A DNA stretch of 53,072 nucleotides from an uncultured Planctomycetia bacterium. GTDB lineage: Bacteria; Omnitrophota; Gorgyraeia; Duberdicusellales; 4484-171. A program made the position numbers and the translations under genes. The notes below the pieces were generated by a model. The model did no database searches, was not told where the DNA came from, and saw only the letters and a program-made list of their open reading frames with translations. Each line of letters opens with the position of its first letter. Position 1 is the first letter of the stretch. Location: the NCBI GenBank assembly GCA_964536195.1, contig CAZHVO010000001.1, positions 1 to 53,072 on the forward strand, given 5' to 3'. Of the stretch, positions 1 to 8,868 are shown in pieces.

Positions 1-1158
1 GCCAGCGAAGAGAATATATTTTTTGAATTAAGCAAGAAGGTGGTTCGACCGATTATTCATCTTAAGAAGATAGGCATTGAGAGAATCCTTTTCCGTAAAG
101 GGATATCTGAGGAGGAATTAGTTAAATTTATCTCTTTTCTTATTACTCCTGTTGAAGAGATAAAACATGCGCCGCAAAAGTATATTTCTGCTGCCGGGAT
201 AAAGAATATTGAAGTTGGCAAAATTAAGGCTCCGACTGACAACTCTCCAGACCAGAGTGAAGAAGAGAAAAGCGAACTTGTGCGCTATAAGGAGTCATTA
301 AAGAAGCTTTCTCAGCTACTAGATGGATTAATTAATAGTGATACAGTTGATAATTTAAATTTAAAAATCCTTGCTAAGGATATTATGGATAATTTAAAAG
401 ACGGGTACCAACTTTTTTCTAAGCTTAAGCAAGTAAAAAGCTATGATCAGGCGACCTTTATACACCTTTTAAATGTGAGTATTTTGTCAATTTATGTTTC
501 GCATAAATTAGGATTTTCGCGTGATGATTGCCTAGATATTGGTGTAGCTGGACTATTCCATGACATTGGTAAGCTTTATATTGCTAAAAAGATTATTCAA
601 AAGAAGGATAAGCTTGATCAAAAGGAGTTTGATACGGTAAAGAGCCATACTGTCCTTGGGGCAGGGATTCTCCTAAGGCATATAGATAGTTTAACAATGT
701 TACCAGTGGTGGTTGCTTTTGAGCATCACCTACGACATGATTTAGAAGGTTATCCCAAATTATCTTTTCCTCGCAAACTTCATGTTGCCTCTTCGATTAT
801 CGAAATCTGTGATGTCTATGACGCTCTTACTCAGAGGAGATCTTATAAGAGGGATTATCCTCCTGAGAAAATCTATGAGGTAATGATCAGAGATAAGGGC
901 AAGGCGTTTGACCCCAAGCTTTTAGATAGTTTTTTTAAAGCCATGGGGGTTTGGCCGCGAAGAACTATTGTTTGCCTCCAAGATGGAAGAATAGGGATAG
1001 TTAGGGAGGAGAATGAAGACGATATATTCTCACCAGTTGTAGAGATAGTTAACGGTGGCCCAAAAGAACTCATAGATTTAGGAGTTAAGAAAGAAATAAA
1101 GATAAAGCAGTCGCTTAATCCTTTAGGAGAGGGTAAGGATTATATTAATTTAATATAG
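1..1158 (+). CDS. HD-GYP domain (c-di-GMP phosphodiesterase-like) protein, probably 5'-truncated by the window edge
   Basis: The frame is open from base 1, with no in-frame stop before the GTG at 40. Contains the HD motif FHDIGK and the HHLRHDLEGYP signature of HD-GYP proteins. Confidence 0.8.
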   Translation, partial: ASEENIFFELSKKVVRPIIHLKKIGIERILFRKGISEEELVKFISFLITPVEEIKHAPQKYISAAGIKNIEVGKIKAPTDNSPDQSEEEKSELVRYKESLKKLSQLLDGLINSDTVDNLNLKILAKDIMDNLKDGYQLFSKLKQVKSYDQATFIHLLNVSILSIYVSHKLGFSRDDCLDIGVAGLFHDIGKLYIAKKIIQKKDKLDQKEFDTVKSHTVLGAGILLRHIDSLTMLPVVVAFEHHLRHDLEGYPKLSFPRKLHVASSIIEICDVYDALTQRRSYKRDYPPEKIYEVMIRDKGKAFDPKLLDSFFKAMGVWPRRTIVCLQDGRIGIVREENEDDIFSPVVEIVNGGPKELIDLGVKKEIKIKQSLNPLGEGKDYINLI

Positions 1159-1181
1159 GTGAAGAGCGTATCTATGGAAAG

Positions 1182-2297
1182 ATGAAAAAAGTACACATTT
1201 TTCATATATCTGAGTTTGGTGGTCATAACAAAGCTGCCCAGAATCTAAAAGAAGCCCTTCTTTACAAAAATCCGCAAATAGATGTTCTAAGTCTAAATGG
1301 TTTTGGCTATTTTTACCCCCGAGGGGAGAAGATAATTAACTCTATTTATATCACGGTTATAAAACATTTTCCCCATCTTTGGGGAAGAGCTTATGACCGC
1401 CGTAAAGTGGTAAAAGCACTTACTCCCTATCGTAAAGTAATAAATAAATTTGCTTTCTCGCGATTACATAAACTTATCATTCAGCATCCACCCAGTTGTT
1501 TTGTAGCTACTCAAGCTTTTCCCTGTGGCCTAATCGCTGATTTTAAAGCCAAGGAGAACTTAGATGTCCCTCTAGTTGCAATACTAACCGACTATCATCC
1601 TAACCGTTTTTGGGTTCATCCTTGTGTTGATAGATATATCGTTGCTTGTCAGGAAGCAAAAAATGTTTTAATCGGCGAGGGGATTGGGGAGGAGAAAATA
1701 AAAATCCTAGGGATACCTATATCGGTAAAGTTTCTAACTACTTATCCTAAGACCCAGATTAGCAAGGAGCTAGGATTCGTGATCGGCTTAGATACTGTAT
1801 TGATTATGGGGGGTGGATTAGGTATTGGACCAATAAAAGTTATTGCTAAGAAGTTAGATTCTCTCAAGCATGATTTTCAAATTATAGTAGTTTGTGGCCG
1901 GAATAAGAAACTCCATAATTGGTTTCTAAAGAAGGAGACAAAATTTAAAAAGCCACTATTTGTCTTTGGTTACACAGAAGATATTCACAAAGTCATGGAT
2001 TTTGCCGACATGATAATTACTAAGGGTGGAGGAATAACTATCTCTGAGGCCTTAGCTAAAGGCATGTGTATAATTACCACTAATCCGATTCCTGGCCAGG
2101 AGGAGCGTAATGTGCAATATCTTTCTAAGGTCCAAGCAATAATAGAGGCTGATCATGTTAGCCAGATAGGTGAGGTTGTTGAAAGGTTGCTTCAGAATAA
2201 GAAAAAAATGTATTCTTTAAGGGAAAGGGCAAAAGAGATTTCTTTCATTGACTCTTCCTTAAGGATAGTTGATTTAATTTTAGAGCTGGTAAGTTAA
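1182..2297 (+). CDS. GT28 / MGDG-synthase-like diacylglycerol glycosyltransferase
   Basis: N-terminal FGGHNKAAQNLKEAL motif and a C-terminal GT-B half (KGGGITISEALA), as in UgtP/MGDG synthase family enzymes. 371 aa. Confidence 0.65.
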   Translation: MKKVHIFHISEFGGHNKAAQNLKEALLYKNPQIDVLSLNGFGYFYPRGEKIINSIYITVIKHFPHLWGRAYDRRKVVKALTPYRKVINKFAFSRLHKLIIQHPPSCFVATQAFPCGLIADFKAKENLDVPLVAILTDYHPNRFWVHPCVDRYIVACQEAKNVLIGEGIGEEKIKILGIPISVKFLTTYPKTQISKELGFVIGLDTVLIMGGGLGIGPIKVIAKKLDSLKHDFQIIVVCGRNKKLHNWFLKKETKFKKPLFVFGYTEDIHKVMDFADMIITKGGGITISEALAKGMCIITTNPIPGQEERNVQYLSKVQAIIEADHVSQIGEVVERLLQNKKKMYSLRERAKEISFIDSSLRIVDLILELVS

Positions 2298-3148
2298 TGT
2301 ATTATCTCTATCTTCTTGGGAGTCTGTTAACCTCAATTTTTCCCCGGAATATTTGTTATTTATTTGCTCGATTTGTTTCGGTAATACATTATTATGTTTC
2401 TAGAAAAGATCGAGAGACTGTAATCTATAACCTTTCTCCAATAATTACAGGGAAGAGTAAAATAAAGAGGTATACTCAAGAGATATTTATTAATTTTGCC
2501 TATTATTTAGTAGACTTTTTTCGCTATTCAAAGTTAAACCAAGGTTTTATAAAAAAGTACATAGAATTAAGTGGCCTAGAGAATTTGAACAAAGCTCTAG
2601 CTCAAGGCAAAGGGGTTATTATTCTTGCTGCTCATCTGGGAAATTATGAGTTAGCCGGAGCAGTGTTATCTCTCTTGGGTTATCCGCTTTCAGTAGTTGC
2701 TCTTTCCCATGAGGATAAACGGATAAATCAGTTCTTTGACCGACAGCGTCAAAGAGTGGGAATGAAGGTGATTCCTACTGGAACAACCATTCGAAGTTGT
2801 TTTTCGGCACTAAAAAGTGGTGATATGCTTGCTCTTCTAGGGGATAGGGATTTCTCAGGTACTGGTATAAAGCTTGATATGTTTTCTAAACAGGCTTATT
2901 TTCCTCGAGGGATAGCTTTTTTCGCTCTAAAGACCGGGGCGCCTATCATTCCTATCTTTTTAGTTCGTAAGAATAGGAAGCTTTACCATTTGGTCTGTGA
3001 GAAACCGATTATTTACGATAAGGAACAACAAGATGAAGTTGCGATAATCAAGCAGTGTAATCTAGTATTGGAAAAATACATAAAGAAATATCCCCAGCAG
3101 TGGTATATGTTCCAGAGGCGCTGGGTCGATAAGGAGCCTAAGGCTTGA
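2297..3148 (+). CDS. LpxL/HtrB-family lipid A (lysophospholipid) acyltransferase
   Basis: N-terminal TM helix and the HX4E acyltransferase motif AHLGNYE. Size is typical of late lipid A acyltransferases. The ATG overlaps the upstream stop (TAATG). Confidence 0.65.
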   Translation: MYYLYLLGSLLTSIFPRNICYLFARFVSVIHYYVSRKDRETVIYNLSPIITGKSKIKRYTQEIFINFAYYLVDFFRYSKLNQGFIKKYIELSGLENLNKALAQGKGVIILAAHLGNYELAGAVLSLLGYPLSVVALSHEDKRINQFFDRQRQRVGMKVIPTGTTIRSCFSALKSGDMLALLGDRDFSGTGIKLDMFSKQAYFPRGIAFFALKTGAPIIPIFLVRKNRKLYHLVCEKPIIYDKEQQDEVAIIKQCNLVLEKYIKKYPQQWYMFQRRWVDKEPKA

Positions 3149-3810
3149 TGAAAGTTTGGATTATAATTCCTGCTTACAATGAGAGATTTCGTTTAGCCGG
3201 TATCCTCGATGAGCTAAAGAGTAAGAATTTTTCTATTCTAGTGATAGATGATGGCTCAATAGATAATACTTATGAGGTGGCTGAAAAAAAAGCTGACTTT
3301 GTTATTAGAAATGAGGAGAACTTAGGCAAAGGTATGTCTTTAAAAAAAGGAATCAGTTACCTTCTTAAAGAGACCGACTTCGATTATTTAGTTACTATGG
3401 ATGCTGATGGCCAACATTCACCTTCAGAGTTAAATAAATTCTTGCAGAAAGCAGAAGACGGGGCATATTTTGTTGTTGGAAATCGGATGTCTGACCCTAT
3501 CGGTATGCCGAAACTACGGATTATTACTAATAAAGTTATGTCCTGGCTTATTTCCCGGATATCCCGGCAAAGAATTCCGGACACTCAATGCGGTTTTCGC
3601 TTGATTAAAAGAGAGGTCTTAGAGAAGATAAACATAACGACAAATAATTTCGAAATTGAATCTGAAATTCTCATAAAGGCTGCCCGTTCAGGATTTCCGG
3701 TAAAGAGTATACCAATAAGGAGTATCTACTTTAAGAGCCTGGAGAGTAGAATTAATCCTTTTGTAGATACAGTAAGGTTTATAAAGTTTATTTTACAGTT
3801 AGAAGAGTAA
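3145..3810 (+). CDS. Family 2 glycosyltransferase
   Basis: IIPAYNE, VIDDGSIDNT and TMDADGQH (DxD) motifs of GT2 enzymes. The start overlaps the previous stop (ATGA). Confidence 0.75.
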   Translation: MMKVWIIIPAYNERFRLAGILDELKSKNFSILVIDDGSIDNTYEVAEKKADFVIRNEENLGKGMSLKKGISYLLKETDFDYLVTMDADGQHSPSELNKFLQKAEDGAYFVVGNRMSDPIGMPKLRIITNKVMSWLISRISRQRIPDTQCGFRLIKREVLEKINITTNNFEIESEILIKAARSGFPVKSIPIRSIYFKSLESRINPFVDTVRFIKFILQLEE

Positions 3811-4454
3811 TGAAAAATGCTTTTGCTGCCTTAAGAGAAGAGATGGTCTCACGGCAAATTCTTAGTCGTGGGATTGATGATAGTAGCCTCCTAGAGGCTT
3901 TCCGGAACATTCCCCGCCATTTTTTTGTTCCTGAGGATCAGAAGAAATTCGTCTACAATGATTGTCCTCTTCCTATTGGTTGGGGGCAGACTATCTCTCA
4001 ACCCTATATAGTTGCTTTAATGACTTTACACTTAAGCTTGAGCAAAGGAACTTTGGTTTTAGAAGTAGGGACTGGTAGCGGGTACCAGGCTGCAATTCTT
4101 GCTTTCTTAGGAGCTCGTGTCTATACTATAGAGAGATTCTCTCCTTTGGCTAAGGAGGCAAAGAGAGTTCTGGATTCTTTAGGGATGAAAATTCGGATAA
4201 GAGAAGGTGATGGAACTCTAGGTTGGTCTGAACATGCTCCTTATGAGCGGATAATCGTTACTGCCGGTACCTCTAAGATACCGCCATTACTTATTGAACA
4301 GCTTAAGGTAGGGGGAAAAATGGTTATCCCTCTAGGCCAGAGGTTTCGTCAGGAGCTAACCGTGGTAGAGAAGATTTCTGAAACGGAAATTAAAGAAGAA
4401 CGAGTTTGTGGATGTATGTTTGTTCCTTTGGTAGGTGAGTATGGTTGGAGTTGA
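3810..4454 (+). CDS. pcm: Protein-L-isoaspartate O-methyltransferase
   Basis: TISQPYIVA and the VLEVGTGSGYQAA SAM-binding motif. 214 aa, as in Pcm. Confidence 0.9.
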   Translation: MKNAFAALREEMVSRQILSRGIDDSSLLEAFRNIPRHFFVPEDQKKFVYNDCPLPIGWGQTISQPYIVALMTLHLSLSKGTLVLEVGTGSGYQAAILAFLGARVYTIERFSPLAKEAKRVLDSLGMKIRIREGDGTLGWSEHAPYERIIVTAGTSKIPPLLIEQLKVGGKMVIPLGQRFRQELTVVEKISETEIKEERVCGCMFVPLVGEYGWS

Positions 4455-4902
4455 TGAACTTAAAGTAGTAGGTGTAGCAGCTTTACCTATTTTTGAATTA
4501 AGGGGGGCAATTCCTTTAGGTTTTTCTCTAGGCATACCTTTAGCCCGTCTTTATCCTTTAGCCCTACTAGGGAATCTAATTCCGGTCTTACCTTTATTAT
4601 TGTTCTTTAAGTATTTTTTTCATCACCTCGAGAATATAAAGTTTATAGGTAGATTTTTTAAATGGTGGTTTCGCCGGGTAGAGAAAAGATCAAGGCTCAT
4701 AGAGCGTTGGGGATTTTGGGGCTTGGTTCTTTTTGTAGCTATACCCTTGCCAGTAACCGGGGCTTGGACCGGAACAGCAGCTGCGACTTTATTCGAGATT
4801 AAGGTAAAAAGAGCCTTTCTGGCGATTTCATTGGGAGTTGCCATTGCCGGTGTAATAGTAAGTTTAGTGGTTAGTGGGGTCATTCAGTTGTGGTTTACTT
4901 AA
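4435..4902 (+). CDS. Small multidrug-export-like membrane protein (COG2426-type)
   Basis: Four predicted TM helices and the FELRGAIPLG motif typical of this family. The start is uncertain (GTG 4435 or ATG 4441). Confidence 0.55.
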   Translation: MSMVGVDELKVVGVAALPIFELRGAIPLGFSLGIPLARLYPLALLGNLIPVLPLLLFFKYFFHHLENIKFIGRFFKWWFRRVEKRSRLIERWGFWGLVLFVAIPLPVTGAWTGTAAATLFEIKVKRAFLAISLGVAIAGVIVSLVVSGVIQLWFT

Positions 4903-4903
4903 A

Positions 4904-4935
4904 GATCCTTCGACTCCCTTCGGTCGCTCAGGATC
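4904..4935. repeat. GC-rich palindromic repeat, family 1, short copy (GATCCTTCGAC...GCTCAGGATC)
   Basis: The ends GATCC/GGATC are self-complementary. The core TTCGAC..CTTCGG..GCTCAGG is shared with copies at 20055, 25267 and 47510. It begins 2 nt after the stop codon. Confidence 0.7.
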
Positions 4936-4991
4936 AAGAAAAACCTACTTTTGTAGATTTTTCTTGACAATTTGTTCTCTATTGTTATATT

Positions 4992-5050
4992 AAGAAAAGA
5001 CGAAGGCGTCTTTTCTTAGTAACGAAACAAGAAAAGGCGCTTTTTATTTT
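4992..5050 (+). promoter_or_regulatory. Two mutually exclusive hairpins, the second being a terminator (possible attenuator, or terminator of the upstream gene)
   Basis: Hairpin A pairs AAGAAAAGACG (4992-5002) with CGTCTTTTCTT (5007-5017). Hairpin B pairs GCGTCTTTTCTT (5006-5017) with AAGAAAAGGCGC (5029-5040) and is followed by TTTTTATTTTT. Confidence 0.45.
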
Positions 5051-5142
5051 TAAGAGCCTGTAATTTATTGTAGCGAGGGCAAGAATCGCAAAGGAAAAAT
5101 GAATAGTTGAATGTCATTCTTAAAAGTAATAAAATAGTTTAG

Positions 5143-6498
<1,356 letters not shown>

Positions 6499-6523
6499 TT
6501 AAAGACTAGATAATAGAGAGAAA

Positions 6524-6558
6524 TAAAAACGCCTCCGAGTTTCCGGAGGCGTTTTTTT
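6524..6558. terminator. Bidirectional intrinsic terminator between convergent gdhA and glnA
   Basis: AAAAACGCCTCCG-AGTTTC-CGGAGGCGTTTTTTT: a GC-rich stem flanked by an A-run and a T-run. Confidence 0.85.
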
Positions 6559-6588
6559 ATGCCTTTAGTTTTCTGTTGTTTTTAGAAG

Positions 6589-8124
6589 TTAAAGCATAGG
6601 AAGATACTTTTTTATCTCATGTTGGGTAATCTGAATTCGGTAATCTTCCCACTCCCTTTTCTTATTAAATAAGAATCTATTGAAGATATGGTTTCCTAAG
6701 GTTTCCCGCACAAAATTGCTCTTTTCTGTTTCAACAATAGCTTCAAATAGATTTCCAGGAAGTGAGGTTAGGCCTCTTCTTTCCCTTTCTTCCATAGCCA
6801 TACGATAGATATTAGGTTCAACTACTGGAGGAATCAGGTATTTTTTCTCTATACCTTCTAAGCCTGCCGCTAACATTACCGCAAAAGCTAAATAAGGATT
6901 ACAAGCAGGGTCAGGGCAACGCAATTCTACCCGAGTTGCTTTTTCATTTCCTGGCCGGTACACCGGAACCCTAAGTAGAGCTGTACGGTTCTTCTGTGCC
7001 CAAGAAGCATATACTGGTGCTTCATATCCGGTAATCAGACGTTTATAGGAATTTACCCACTGAGCAGTCAGAGAGGATATCTCTCGAGCATGTTTTAATT
7101 CACCAGCAATGAATCCTTTAGCGATAGAGGATAGATGGTGTTTATCCTTCTTGTCGAAGAAGGCATTTTGATTTCCTTTAAATAGGGATTGATGAACATG
7201 CATTCCTGAGCCATTTACTCCAAACAGAGGTTTAGGCATAAAGGTTGCATATACACCGTTTTGCTGAGCAATTTCTTTAATCACATATTTGCAGGTTATT
7301 ACGTTGTCAGCCATAGTAAGGGCATCATTATACTGGAGATCAATCTCATGCTGTGAGGGTGCTACCTCATGGTGAGTTGCCTCCATGGGTATACCCATCT
7401 CTTCCAGAGTTCTTACAGTTTTGTTTCTTAAAGTATTGGCTAAATCATTGGGTATTAGCTCAAAGTAGGAGCCTTCATCTATTACCTCAGGTTTACGGTC
7501 AGATTTAAAGTAGAAGTATTCTATTTCCGGACCAACATAAAAGGTAAAGCCCATCTTTTTTGCTCGAGCCAATGCCCGTTTTAAAACATAACGAGTATCC
7601 CCGGCATAAGGAGTATGGTCGGGATTAAGTATATCGCAGAGCATCCTGGCGGTAGGATTAGTTTCAGCTGTCCAAGGTAATACCTTGAATGTGCTAGGGT
7701 CAGGTAAAGCAAGAATATCACTCTCCTCAGCCTCAGCAAATCCAGTAATAGAGGAACCATCAAAACCTTTACCATGCTCAAAGGCCCCTTTTAACTCGTT
7801 TTGAGTAATTGAAACACACTTTAAAGTTCCTAAAATATCTACGAACCATAACTGTATAGTTCTTATATTTTCTTTATGTATTGTTTCCAAGACTTTTTTT
7901 ATTTCTTCTTTGCAATTCTTCTTGTTGCTCGAAGAAACGCTTACCTTAGTTTCTTTTTTGACCGGGGGGGTTGTCTTGTCGGGAAGTTGGTTTTTGGGGA
8001 TTATATATCTTTTTCCCATCCTTTCAGCGTAGAGCGCTCCATGCTTTATTCGCTCAATAACTGCCTGACGAGATATCCCTAAAAGCTTAGCTGCTTGAGT
8101 TGGGCTAAAATATTCTTGTTCCAT
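6589..8124 (-). CDS. glnA: Glutamine synthetase type I (alpha-like) with N-terminal excisionase/MerR-like HTH extension
   Basis: GS motifs FDGSSITGF, HHEVAPSQHEID, NGSGMHVHQS, NSYKRL and RVELRCPD. The N-terminus carries the HTH SPTQAAKLLGISRQAVIERIKHG. ATG 8124 follows AAAGGAGGAAAA, whereas the track start 8154 lacks an SD. Confidence 0.85.
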   Translation of the reverse strand: MEQEYFSPTQAAKLLGISRQAVIERIKHGALYAERMGKRYIIPKNQLPDKTTPPVKKETKVSVSSSNKKNCKEEIKKVLETIHKENIRTIQLWFVDILGTLKCVSITQNELKGAFEHGKGFDGSSITGFAEAEESDILALPDPSTFKVLPWTAETNPTARMLCDILNPDHTPYAGDTRYVLKRALARAKKMGFTFYVGPEIEYFYFKSDRKPEVIDEGSYFELIPNDLANTLRNKTVRTLEEMGIPMEATHHEVAPSQHEIDLQYNDALTMADNVITCKYVIKEIAQQNGVYATFMPKPLFGVNGSGMHVHQSLFKGNQNAFFDKKDKHHLSSIAKGFIAGELKHAREISSLTAQWVNSYKRLITGYEAPVYASWAQKNRTALLRVPVYRPGNEKATRVELRCPDPACNPYLAFAVMLAAGLEGIEKKYLIPPVVEPNIYRMAMEERERRGLTSLPGNLFEAIVETEKSNFVRETLGNHIFNRFLFNKKREWEDYRIQITQHEIKKYLPML

Positions 8125-8186
8125 TTTTCCTCCTTTTTTAGGCATTTTAGTCATTATGTAAACAACATGTCTTTTACTACATTACA

Positions 8187-8215
8187 ATTGTAAACTATTA
8201 CTTTACACTTGTCAA
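8187..8215 (-). promoter_or_regulatory. Putative sigma70 promoter of glnA (TTGACA-17-TACAAT) overlapped by palindromes
   Basis: On the minus strand, TTGACA lies at 8215..8210 and TACAAT at 8192..8187. TTACAATTGTAA (8182-8193) and TGTAA-N9-TTACA (8189-8207) overlap the -10 element and the spacer. Confidence 0.45.
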
Positions 8216-8344
8216 GTATTTTTTTGATATTTTTTACATTATGCAAAAATATAGCTAAATATTGACTTTTAAACGAGAAAACGGCGATTTTGACCATTAA
8301 TTAGTAGGGGTATGCCCGTATTCCTGAAATTAAGCAAATTTTAT

Positions 8345-8372
8345 TTGGCTTTTATTTTTTTAAGTGTATAAT
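8345..8372 (+). promoter_or_regulatory. Putative sigma70 promoter of the nuoE-like operon (TTGGCT-16-TATAAT)
   Basis: TTGGCT at 8345-8350 and TATAAT at 8367-8372, about 22 nt upstream of the SD/ATG at 8395. Confidence 0.4.
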
Positions 8373-8394
8373 TCTAATTTAAGAGGGTGGTTAA

Positions 8395-8868
8395 ATGAAG
8401 CTTGACCTTTCTACTACAAAAAAAATAATTCAACAATACCAGAACAAAAAAGGGGTATTGATTCCTTTGCTCCAAGACATTCAGTCTGCTTATGGGTATG
8501 TTCCTAAAGAAGCTATAGATTTGATAGCTAAGGAATTAGGGTTTTATCCTGTAGAGATTTATGGGGTGTTGACATTTTATACTCAGTTTTATCTTTTTCC
8601 ACGGGGTAAATATACGATAAAAGTTTGCCAGGGTACTGCTTGTCATGTTATGGGCGGAAAGGAAATTCTTGATTACTTGTCGGATCAATTAGGAATAAGC
8701 GAGGGGGAGACTACAAAAGACGGTTTGTTTTCTTTAGAAAGGGTTGCTTGTCTTGGGTGTTGTGGCATGGCGCCTGTTGTTATGATTGATAAGGATTTTT
8801 ACGGGAGATGTACAGTTCAGAAGCTAGATGAGCTTCTCAAAAAGTATAAATCAAAAAAGGTTAGATAG
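8395..8868 (+). CDS. NuoE/HydC-like [2Fe-2S] thioredoxin-fold ferredoxin subunit
   Basis: Cys pattern CQGTACHV...CLGCCGMAP typical of NuoE / 24-kDa subunit family. 157 aa. Confidence 0.85.
   Translation: MKLDLSTTKKIIQQYQNKKGVLIPLLQDIQSAYGYVPKEAIDLIAKELGFYPVEIYGVLTFYTQFYLFPRGKYTIKVCQGTACHVMGGKEILDYLSDQLGISEGETTKDGLFSLERVACLGCCGMAPVVMIDKDFYGRCTVQKLDELLKKYKSKKVR

Noticed and set aside
4992-5050. Possible glutamine (glnA-motif) riboswitch or PyrR site in the gdhA and carB leaders.
   Set aside because: I could not find the conserved glnA-motif core or the PyrR loop (UCCAGAGAGG) by eye. Only generic hairpin and terminator features are shared. This needs a covariance-model scan before any such claim.
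8157-8238. Canonical Bacillus GlnR/TnrA operator (TGTNA-N7-TNACA) upstream of glnA.
   Set aside because: No site with 7-nt spacing exists. The inverted TGTAA/TTACA pairs have 2-nt and 9-nt spacings, so they are reported only as operator-like palindromes and not as TnrA boxes.
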